Shown here piece after piece: positions 56,414-64,000 of a stretch of DNA of 64,000 nucleotides (its first letter is position 1; every line of letters begins with the position of its first letter). The stretch spans positions 2,540 to 66,539 of the forward strand of contig JAFSTK010000022.1 of assembly GCA_017450535.1 (NCBI GenBank), read 5' to 3'. The position numbers and the translations under genes are program-made. Source of the stretch: Treponema sp. (GTDB lineage Bacteria > Spirochaetota > Spirochaetia > Treponematales > Treponemataceae). Below the pieces are notes generated by a model, which saw only the letters and a program-made list of their open reading frames with translations, searched no databases and was not told where the DNA came from.

Positions 56414-58927
56414 TTATTCAGTTTTGAGACGGACACCGACAATCAGTTTGTCTTCGCCGTCCTCTTTTACCAATACCATTCGCAAATTGACCGGCGTTGC
56501 TTTTCCGTCTATCAAAAGATGATGGTGCATGGTGCAGATGCCTTTTTTTGCAATCTCAGACAAAACAAATTCTTTGTTGAACCGCTCTTTGAATGTTGCA
56601 CGGTCTTCGGCGGAAATTGCGGTATCGGCATTTTTTCGTGATGTTGCAAAAAAGTCCTCGCCTTGTTTTGCGATGCCCAGTTTTTCGTAATCGCTTGACG
56701 AATTGTATTCCGTGTAGTGGTCAGTTTTGAGATCGATAAAGTAGATACAAATATAGTCACCGGAAAGTGCCATAAGTCTGGAATACAAAAGTTTTTCTTG
56801 GCGGGCTTTTTCCAACTGTTCTCTTTGTTTCATTTGTGAGTCGATATTGCTTACGCCGACGATGATGTATTTTCCGTTTTTCTGCATGCGCATGACTTTC
56901 ATACAGACGTAGAACGGATATCCGTTGTTTGCGATTCGATAGGTGAGCATAAATGTGCCTTGCTCGTCCAGTTCTCTCAGTACGTTTTTTTTGGTGAATG
57001 CTTTGACAAAGGCTTCTTGGTCTTCTGAATACAGATATTTGAGCGCGTCATTTTTGCTCTTTTCAAAAAAATTGCTGTCATGGCGTTCTATGGAAAGACC
57101 CTCGCTATTGATTGTGGATGTGTATTCGATAAATTCTTCGGTCTCCAGATTGACGTAGAAAAGATTAAAGTAATCGGCGGCTAATGCGCGCGCAATGTTT
57201 TCGTAGGTGGAGCCTTGTTCCGCATCCATGACTGAAAGCACGGCGACCGCAAATGCGGTCTTTTTGGTGACAGGATTGTCTGCCAGTTTGCGGATAAAGT
57301 AATGCGCCGCAGAATTGTCTGGCAGAGCCGCGTCAAAAAAAGTCCGTTCAAGATTTTCGGTGTTGATGCGCTCTATAATAGGTAAAAACGGTGTGCAAGA
57401 AAGTTGCTGTAAAAGCACCAATGACATATCATCTGGAATTACGGATGCAGAGAAATATCGTTCGATAAAATCTTGATATGAAGGGTTGCTGCGGATGATG
57501 TGTGCTACGGTCTTGTCAAATTCAATAATCGCCATGGGAAGCGCGTTAAAAAGATTGTGCAGACCTTTTTTGCTTTCCTGCGCTATTATTGCGATGTCGT
57601 GCAAGTTTACGCGGCCGATGGTCTCATAATAGCCTGATTCTTTTGGATTCTCATAGCCTTGGTGTTCGCCCGCCTCAAATTGAGTCATAATCTGATTGAG
57701 CGGAGCCGGCTTTCCGTAATAAAAACCTTGTATTTTTGAGCAGCCAATCTCTCGCAAAAATTGCAGCTGTTCTTCGGTCTCAACGCCTTCGCTTACGGTA
57801 TCAACGCCCAGAGAAAAAGCCATTTTCATCAGTCCGGTAAGAATGGCTTTTCCGTTGTCTTTTCTGTTGAACTGGCGCAGAAAACTCATGTCAAATTTTA
57901 TCAGGTCAAACGGAATTTCTTTGAGCACGGTGAGAGAAGAATAGCCGCTTCCAAAGTCATCCATCCACACGGAAAATCCCAGTTCCTTAAAACGGATGAT
58001 TTGTTTGAGCATAAAGTCAAAATTGCTTCCCACGACGCTTTCTGTAATCTCGATATTCAATTTGTCGTGGCTGATACCGGCGGCATCTATACGCTTGCAA
58101 ACTTCGGAAACAATGTCACAGGTCTCAAAGTCGGAGCGGGATAAATTGACAGACTGAGGCACGGGATAAAGTCCGATTGATTCCAAATATTTGATTTTTT
58201 CAATTGCCTGCTCAATTACGTAGAGGTCAAGCTTGTAGATAAGATTTGCCTCTTCAAGAATCGGAATAAAATCTGCGGGGGACATAAATCCTTTTACGGG
58301 GTCAATCCATCGCGCCAATGACTCTTCATCGCATACCATGCCGCTCACCGCTCTGACAATGGGCTGGTAGTACACGGTAATCCAGCGTTCGGCAATCGCT
58401 TTGTCTATGTTTTCGATGATATACAACTTGTTTTCTTCTGCTTCTCGCATTGATGGGTTGAAATACGTGAATTCAAATGACTGTACATTTTTGAGCGTAT
58501 CACATGCAAGTCGTGCCCTGCCGCATGCCTCATCGACGCAGACATTTTCGGTTTGATAGTGGTAGATGCCCGCATGGACTGAAAAATTTTCTTCATCGGT
58601 GAGTTTTTTACATTCTTCAAAAAAATTGCGTAAAGTGAATTCAAGATTTTTATCTTCAGTGAAAACAGTAAAATAGACACCGCCTATTCGGCAGCATTGT
58701 TCGTTTCCGAAAAAATCAGTAAGAAGATTGGCAAAAGATTTGAGAAAGTCATCTCCCACAAGAAATCCGAATTTTTTATTGAAGGATTTCATTCCGGCGA
58801 GTGACAGAAACAGGATAGCAGGGTACAGACCGTCTTTGAGCAACTGGTCTTTTTTTCTTGCAGCATCAGAAAGAAAAAGTGGTGGAGTTTGCAGACCTGT
58901 TAAATAGTCGTAGTATCTGGTATCCAT
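56414..58927 (-). CDS. GGDEF(degenerate)-EAL protein with C-terminal PAS-like repeats
   Basis: DYLTGL, GGVYF, EESLARW, DDFGSGYSSL, EGVET; two similar C-terminal domains. Confidence 0.88.
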   Translation of the reverse strand: MDTRYYDYLTGLQTPPLFLSDAARKKDQLLKDGLYPAILFLSLAGMKSFNKKFGFLVGDDFLKSFANLLTDFFGNEQCCRIGGVYFTVFTEDKNLEFTLRNFFEECKKLTDEENFSVHAGIYHYQTENVCVDEACGRARLACDTLKNVQSFEFTYFNPSMREAEENKLYIIENIDKAIAERWITVYYQPIVRAVSGMVCDEESLARWIDPVKGFMSPADFIPILEEANLIYKLDLYVIEQAIEKIKYLESIGLYPVPQSVNLSRSDFETCDIVSEVCKRIDAAGISHDKLNIEITESVVGSNFDFMLKQIIRFKELGFSVWMDDFGSGYSSLTVLKEIPFDLIKFDMSFLRQFNRKDNGKAILTGLMKMAFSLGVDTVSEGVETEEQLQFLREIGCSKIQGFYYGKPAPLNQIMTQFEAGEHQGYENPKESGYYETIGRVNLHDIAIIAQESKKGLHNLFNALPMAIIEFDKTVAHIIRSNPSYQDFIERYFSASVIPDDMSLVLLQQLSCTPFLPIIERINTENLERTFFDAALPDNSAAHYFIRKLADNPVTKKTAFAVAVLSVMDAEQGSTYENIARALAADYFNLFYVNLETEEFIEYTSTINSEGLSIERHDSNFFEKSKNDALKYLYSEDQEAFVKAFTKKNVLRELDEQGTFMLTYRIANNGYPFYVCMKVMRMQKNGKYIIVGVSNIDSQMKQREQLEKARQEKLLYSRLMALSGDYICIYFIDLKTDHYTEYNSSSDYEKLGIAKQGEDFFATSRKNADTAISAEDRATFKERFNKEFVLSEIAKKGICTMHHHLLIDGKATPVNLRMVLVKEDGEDKLIVGVRLKTE

Positions 58928-59000
58928 AACGGTCAGTATATCACAGGATTTTGGAATGCGCAAATTTTGGCAGATGAAGGTTTTTCATGTTCAGCGGTCA

Positions 59001-59492
59001 TTATTGGCGTTTGAGGTGCAGAATGCGTTGGTTTGAAGAGCCGCGGAAGTCCAGCGTCAAATCGAGCAGGTCTTCGATAAACGGACCGTCCACCAATACG
59101 TCGATACAAGCGAGCATTCTTCCGGTAACATCACAGCGTTTGCGTCCGTCTGCGGCGAGCAAATCTTTTTCGTAAACGTAGCCCGTGTAGCACCAGATGT
59201 CTTTTTGCGGATAGGTTGAGCGCACTTTTTCCAGAAACGGGGTGAGCACGCGCTGATTTTCTTCTTCAAACGGCTCGCCGCCCAAAATGGTAAGCCCCTC
59301 AATGTATTCGGGCGCAAGCGCGTCTAGAATTTCTTTTTCTGTTTCGGGAGTGAATTGTTTTCCAAAGTTAAAATCCCATGTCTCTGGATTCTGGCAGCCT
59401 TTACAATGGTTGCGGCACCCGGAGACAAAGAGTGAGACACGGACACCAAGCCCGTCAGCGATGTCGAATTTCTTGATTGCGCCGTAGTTCAT
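59001..59492 (-). CDS. nrdG: Anaerobic ribonucleotide reductase activating protein
   Basis: GVRVSLFVSGCRNHCKGC, LGGEP, VLVDGPF, FRGSSNQR. Confidence 0.96.
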   Translation of the reverse strand: MNYGAIKKFDIADGLGVRVSLFVSGCRNHCKGCQNPETWDFNFGKQFTPETEKEILDALAPEYIEGLTILGGEPFEEENQRVLTPFLEKVRSTYPQKDIWCYTGYVYEKDLLAADGRKRCDVTGRMLACIDVLVDGPFIEDLLDLTLDFRGSSNQRILHLKRQ

Positions 59493-59504
59493 AATCGTTC
59501 CTGC

Positions 59505-59570
59505 TTAAAAGTGCCAGTTAATGCTGCTTTGCAAAATGATTTCACGGACTTTCTTTTTGTATTCCGACAT
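59505..59570 (-). pseudogene. Internally deleted HicA-like toxin remnant (21 codons)
   Basis: ATG directly follows the DUF1902 TAA; MSEYKKKVREIILQSSINWHF resembles the joined N- and C-termini of HicA partners of DUF1902 (recalled similarity). Confidence 0.6.
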
Positions 59571-59792
59571 TTATGCAAATACCTTTTCATGTCGCTCTAC
59601 GCGGAAACAGATGGACGGAGAGGGAGTTTTTTTTGTTTTGTTCAATTCCAACGATTCCGGGGCTACAAAGCGGACTCGTTCAACCAGCGTATCCAAAGAA
59701 CCGCCTTCAAGCACAAGTCCTGGAATATCATCGCTTTGGGCAATCAAAACATCAGCTTCGTCATCCCATGTAAACTGAACTACATATTCCAT
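59571..59792 (-). CDS. DUF1902 (HicB-like antitoxin) protein
   Basis: WDDEADVLIAQSDDIPGLVLEGGSLDTLVERV...PESLELN; GGAGA RBS. Confidence 0.85.
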   Translation of the reverse strand: MEYVVQFTWDDEADVLIAQSDDIPGLVLEGGSLDTLVERVRFVAPESLELNKTKKTPSPSICFRVERHEKVFA

Positions 59793-59835
59793 ACACCGTT
59801 CTCCATACGGATTAGTATACCACAAACCGGCATTT

Positions 59836-62019
59836 TTACAAGTGTAGTACACGCTCCTTAATCTCTTGTGTGCGTCCCTGGTTCCAGAACTGAGTGCCGA
59901 TATAACCACAAGTGCGGCGTGCGACATTCAGTGTGCTCTGGTCGCGGTTTCCACAAGACGGACATTCCCACACGAGCTTGTTGTCGCTGTCGGTGACAAT
60001 CTGAATCTCGCCGGTGTAGCCGCATTTCTGACAGCAGTCAGATTTTGTGTTCAGTTCTGCGTACATGATGTTCTCATAGATGTGCTTGAGCAACGCCATG
60101 ACCGCAGGAATATTGTTTTCCATGTTGGGCACTTCAACGTAGCTTACGGCTCCACCCGGAGACAATTTCTGGAACTGTGACTCAAAGGTGAGCTTGCTGA
60201 ATGCGTCGATGTTTTCGGTGACGTGCACATGGTAGCTGTTAGTGATGTAATTCTTGTCGGTTACGCCGGGAATCTCACCAAAGCGACTCTTGAGACACTT
60301 TGCGAATTTGTATGTGGTGCTCTCCAGCGGAGTTCCGTACAGAGAGAAGTCAATGTTTTCTTTTTCTTTCCAGACCTTGCATGCCGCGTTCAGCTTGTTC
60401 ATAATTTCAAGTGCAAACGGAGTTGCTTCGGGGTCGGTGTGAGGTTTGCCGGTCATGTAGCGGACGCACTCGCACAAGCCCGCATAGCCGAGAGAAATTG
60501 TTGAGTAACCGCCAAAGAGCAGCTTGTCAATTTTTTCGCCTTTCTTGAGGCGGGCGATTGCACCGTTCTGCCACAGAATCGGAGCGACATCGGAAACTGT
60601 GCCCATCAAGCGGTTGTGACGAGCCATCAGCGCGCGGTAGCACAAATCAAGACGCTGTTCCAGGATTTCCCAGAATGCCTCTTTGTCGCCGCCGGAAGAA
60701 CATGCCACGTCAACAAGGTTAATCGTTACGACTCCCTGGTTAAAGCGACCGTAATATTTTGGCTGACCGTTTTCGTCGATGTATGGGGTGAGGAATGAAC
60801 GGCAACCCATGCACGGATAGCAGCGTCCGGTTCCAGTTTTGTCCACTTTGAGTTCCAGCATCATCTTTTCTGAGATGTAATCGGGAACGAGACGGCGTGC
60901 GGTACATTTTGCCGCAAGTTCGGTGAGGTAGTAGTATTTTGAGTCCTTCTCAATGTTATCCGGCTCAAGCACGTAAATCAGTTTGGGGAATGCGGGAGAG
61001 ACCCAGTAGCCTTTTTCGTTACGTACGCCCTTGTGACGCTGCTTTAAGACTTCTTCGATAATCATGGCGAGGTCAGCTTTTTCCTGCTCGTTCTTTGCCT
61101 CGTTCAAATACATGAACACGGTGACGAACGGAGCCTGACCGTTGGTTGTCATCAAAGTGACCACCTGATACTGAATCGTCTGTACGCCACGGGTGATTTC
61201 GTCACGCAGGCGCATGTCAACGATTGCCTTTGCCTGTTCGGGATTGTATTTGATGCCAGTGCGCGCCTCAACTTCGGCAATCTCGCGGATAAATTTCTGG
61301 CGGCTTACGTCTACGAACGGGGCGAGATGTGCCAATGAAACGCTCTGTCCGCCGTACTGACTTGAAGCAACCTGTGCGATAATCTGCGTGGCGATGTTAC
61401 ATGCCGTTGAGAAAGAATGTGGGCGGTCAATTTTGGTCTCGCTGATGACCGTGCCGTTCTGAAGCATGTCTTCCAGATTGACCAAATCGCAGTTGTGCAT
61501 GTGCTGGGCAAAATAGTCCGCGTCGTGAAAGTGAATCAGACCTTCGTCGTGAGCCTTTACAATGTCCTCGTCCAAAAGGAAACGCTTGGTGATATCTTTT
61601 GACACTTCGCCAGCCATGTAGTCACGCTGCACGGAAACGACCACAGGGTTCTTGTTTGAGTTCTCCTGTTTGACTTCCTCATTGTTGCATTCGAGCAAAC
61701 TCATAATCTGCTTGTCAGTTGAATTTGCCTTGCGCATGAGCTGGTGCTGGTAGCGGTAGGTGATGTAGATTTTTGCGAGGTCGAATGCGCCTGCTTTCAT
61801 CAGCTCTTTTTCCACCATGTCCTGAATCATTTCTACGTTCATCTGGTGGTTACTTTTGGTGCATTCGTCTTCGATACGTTCGGCAATTTCCCGGATTTTG
61901 AGAATATCCAGTCTGCCTGAGCGCGGAACCTCGTCGTTGTGGTTTGCATTCAGGATAGCCGTGATGATTTTCTCACGGTCAAAAATTGCTTCTTCGCCAT
62001 TACGTTTAATAATCTTCAT
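59836..62019 (-). CDS. nrdD: Anaerobic (class III) ribonucleoside-triphosphate reductase
   Basis: ATP cone IIKRNG, HNCDL, MGCRSFL, CQKC...CPSC, RRTCGYIG. Confidence 0.97.
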   Translation of the reverse strand: MKIIKRNGEEAIFDREKIITAILNANHNDEVPRSGRLDILKIREIAERIEDECTKSNHQMNVEMIQDMVEKELMKAGAFDLAKIYITYRYQHQLMRKANSTDKQIMSLLECNNEEVKQENSNKNPVVVSVQRDYMAGEVSKDITKRFLLDEDIVKAHDEGLIHFHDADYFAQHMHNCDLVNLEDMLQNGTVISETKIDRPHSFSTACNIATQIIAQVASSQYGGQSVSLAHLAPFVDVSRQKFIREIAEVEARTGIKYNPEQAKAIVDMRLRDEITRGVQTIQYQVVTLMTTNGQAPFVTVFMYLNEAKNEQEKADLAMIIEEVLKQRHKGVRNEKGYWVSPAFPKLIYVLEPDNIEKDSKYYYLTELAAKCTARRLVPDYISEKMMLELKVDKTGTGRCYPCMGCRSFLTPYIDENGQPKYYGRFNQGVVTINLVDVACSSGGDKEAFWEILEQRLDLCYRALMARHNRLMGTVSDVAPILWQNGAIARLKKGEKIDKLLFGGYSTISLGYAGLCECVRYMTGKPHTDPEATPFALEIMNKLNAACKVWKEKENIDFSLYGTPLESTTYKFAKCLKSRFGEIPGVTDKNYITNSYHVHVTENIDAFSKLTFESQFQKLSPGGAVSYVEVPNMENNIPAVMALLKHIYENIMYAELNTKSDCCQKCGYTGEIQIVTDSDNKLVWECPSCGNRDQSTLNVARRTCGYIGTQFWNQGRTQEIKERVLHL

Positions 62020-62043
62020 ATCCCATACCCTAAAGAAAAATAG

Positions 62044-62090
62044 ACACTAGATGTAGTGTCCGGATAACAATATCATACTAGTAATAGCGT
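62044..62090. promoter_or_regulatory. Tandem NrdR boxes upstream of nrdD
   Basis: ACACTAGATGTAGTGT (62044-62059) fits acaCwAtATaTwGtgt; weaker ATACTAGTAATAGCGT lies 31 bp away. Confidence 0.8.
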
Positions 62091-62191
62091 TTTTAGACAA
62101 TATGATTTGCAAGAAAAAAATATAAAAAAAGCGAAATTATTTTGGGCGTTACCGTACTGTTCTGCGCGCGTAAGGGGTGCGCCGATACGCC

Positions 62192-63181
62192 CTAATAAAG
62201 AGACAGAATTTTTTTCGCTTCTTTGCGCACTTGTTCGGCGAGAGTTGGCGGATTTAGCACACGGACGGCACTGCCAAAATGCATCACCCAGTGGAGCGTT
62301 TCCTGCAGCTGGTTTGACATAAAACTCAAGTACACCGTGCCATCATCGTTCTGGCGGAGTTCCTGCGTCTCATGCCAATTGCGTTCCAGAATGTAGGTGT
62401 TGATTTCTTTGGAAAAAAGCAGTTCGATTTTGACAGGCTCCTCATTTGTGTTCCACACGCCGAACGAGGAGTCAAAATATCGGTGCGGGTCAAAATCTGC
62501 GGGAACGGTGAACGTGTTTTCTTCAATAGAAATGCCTTTGAATCGCGCGAGAGAAAATGTGGTCATCCTGTCGTGGTTAAAATCGTAGGCGAGCATGTAC
62601 CAGTTTCCTTTTTGGCAGAGCACATGATATGGATTTGCGCGATGGTCAGCGTATTCGGAACGGTTGAGTGCGCGGTAGGCGAACGAAATGGTGTGGTGCG
62701 TGCGCATCGCCTTGAACACCTGCGTGAACGTGTCGTCATCAATTTCTGGAAGCGGGTCGGAGATGAAGGTGATGTCTTTTCCGATAAATGTCGTGTCCAT
62801 GGAAACTTCGTGCGGAAGCATGTCCGTGAGCTTGGAGAAAATATTTTTGACGGAAGCCTCCAGCGGCGTGTTTTTGTACTGTTCCAAAAGAGGCTGAATC
62901 ACCGAGACCGAAAACAATTCTGCCTCGCTCAGCATGACGCTCTGCACAAAAAACGTGGGGTCAGTATAATAGTACCCGTTTTTGACATAATCGTATTCCA
63001 GCGGCGCATTGTAACGGTCGCGCAAAAATTCGATGTCGCGCATAATGGTGGCGCGGGAAACTTCAAAATGCTTGCGCAGGCTGGTAGCGTTTGGGTATGA
63101 GCCAGAACGAATTATCTGGTCAATTTCAATGAGACGGAGCTGCTTTACTTTTTCATCACGGGGAGCGGAAGGTTTGTTCAT
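62192..63181 (-). CDS. HTH-WYL domain transcriptional regulator
   Basis: FEVSRATIMRDIEFLR wHTH; PYHVLCQKGNWYMLAY, FSLARF; WVMHFG..V.VLNP. Confidence 0.92.
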   Translation of the reverse strand: MNKPSAPRDEKVKQLRLIEIDQIIRSGSYPNATSLRKHFEVSRATIMRDIEFLRDRYNAPLEYDYVKNGYYYTDPTFFVQSVMLSEAELFSVSVIQPLLEQYKNTPLEASVKNIFSKLTDMLPHEVSMDTTFIGKDITFISDPLPEIDDDTFTQVFKAMRTHHTISFAYRALNRSEYADHRANPYHVLCQKGNWYMLAYDFNHDRMTTFSLARFKGISIEENTFTVPADFDPHRYFDSSFGVWNTNEEPVKIELLFSKEINTYILERNWHETQELRQNDDGTVYLSFMSNQLQETLHWVMHFGSAVRVLNPPTLAEQVRKEAKKILSLY

Positions 63182-63187
63182 GGGGAA

Positions 63188-63565
63188 TTACCAAATTGTC
63201 GTGACATTGTATTTTGGGATAATGGTGTCACAAGTGAGGATGGAATATTTTTCACACATTGCTTGGGCAATTATTAGGCGGTCAAAAGGTTCGTTGTGAA
63301 TTCTTTCCAGTGTGCGGATTATATTCAGATGTTGTGGTTCTATCTGTTGAATAAATATTGATTGACTTGTTGCTAAATTCATCAGTTCTAGCGGCGTATG
63401 TTCAACTTTGAGTTTTCCGATGTTTTGTTTGATGGCGATTTCCCAAAAACTTCCTATACTGATTCCCAATTCTGCATCCGAACTGAGAATCGTCCGTACG
63501 AGGGGAGAGAGATTTTCATCTCCGTCAAGGTACCATAAAAATGTGTGCGTATCGAGCAAGTACAT
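63188..63565 (-). CDS. vapC: PIN domain toxin (VapC family)
   Basis: YLLDTHTFLW, SFWEIAIK, HNEPFDRLIIAQA, ILTCD. Confidence 0.92.
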   Translation of the reverse strand: MYLLDTHTFLWYLDGDENLSPLVRTILSSDAELGISIGSFWEIAIKQNIGKLKVEHTPLELMNLATSQSIFIQQIEPQHLNIIRTLERIHNEPFDRLIIAQAMCEKYSILTCDTIIPKYNVTTIW

Positions 63566-63778
63566 TTACATATACTCCTTGAAATCTTCCAATGGTGCGT
63601 CAAAATCATCAGACATCCAAATTTGACCTTTGAGCAGACCAAATTGACGCTTCGGCTTTTTTTGGGAGGTTTGTTCAGCACGGATTTTGTATTGTAGCAA
63701 ATCTAGAAAATTTACGACTTCGGGGATGTATGTTTCGGGAATCTGTTTTATTTTTTTTTCAAGGATTTCGTACGGCAT
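63566..63778 (-). CDS. DUF2281-type antitoxin (VapB partner)
   Basis: EVVNFLDLL...KRQFGLLKGQIWMSDDFDAPLEDFKEYM; abuts vapC. Confidence 0.88.
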   Translation of the reverse strand: MPYEILEKKIKQIPETYIPEVVNFLDLLQYKIRAEQTSQKKPKRQFGLLKGQIWMSDDFDAPLEDFKEYM

Positions 63779-63823
63779 ATTCTCCTCCTGTGTGTTGATT
63801 ATAACACAGTTTTCGTAAAAATC

Positions 63824-64000
63824 CTACTCTTTCTTAAGCCTTGCGATGATTTCTTTGATGAGGGATAAATCTTTTTCATCCAGATAATTGAGTTCGGGAA
63901 TGAGTTCCTTGACTTGTTGCTTGATGTCCGTCGAAATATCCGCGTTTTTTCCTGTCATCAGATACTCCACCGACACGCCAAGTACCTGGGCGATTTTGTA
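63824..64000 (-). CDS. XRE-family HTH protein, C-terminal part (5' end outside window)
   Basis: Manual translation YKIAQVLGVSVEYLMTGKNADISTDIKQQVKELIPELNYLDEKDLSLIKEIIARLKKE*. Confidence 0.75.
   Translation of the reverse strand, partial: YKIAQVLGVSVEYLMTGKNADISTDIKQQVKELIPELNYLDEKDLSLIKEIIARLKKE

Noticed and set aside
59836-62019. Intein or intron in nrdD
   Set aside because: Continuous 727-aa ORF of normal length with no splicing motifs seen

Overview
Mostly core-genome DNA of a spirochete, most consistent with a gut/rumen Treponema; this is inferred from gene style and order (MinD-like ATPase-lgt-ctpA-rsmE, STAS protein with Zn ribbon, PPi-PFK). About 60 CDS, including uvrB, efp-earP, htrA, pfp, cls, radC, a potABCD locus with two potD paralogues, azlCD, rplM-rpsI-recX, sppA, murA, pepT, nrdDG and four GGDEF/EAL proteins, plus one tRNA-Arg(CCT). 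No CRISPR array, rRNA, transposase or prophage was seen. The most notable items are: (1) a DUF1902/HicB-like antitoxin followed by an unannotated 21-codon, apparently internally deleted HicA remnant, wedged between nrdD and nrdG; (2) a DUF3990 (ART-like)-XRE module with a perfect palindromic operator in a leaderless promoter; (3) potB split by a frameshift with an ATGA stop/start overlap, and a diverged second PotD directly upstream of a GGDEF-EAL gene; (4) widespread leaderless gene starts; (5) several structured intergenic elements, namely a ~200-bp fold-back, tRNA-end-derived repeats and a DnaA-box cluster; (6) an EarP/EF-P(R32) rhamnosylation pair; (7) a vapBC-WYL operon. All family calls come from motif recognition by eye, not from database searches.
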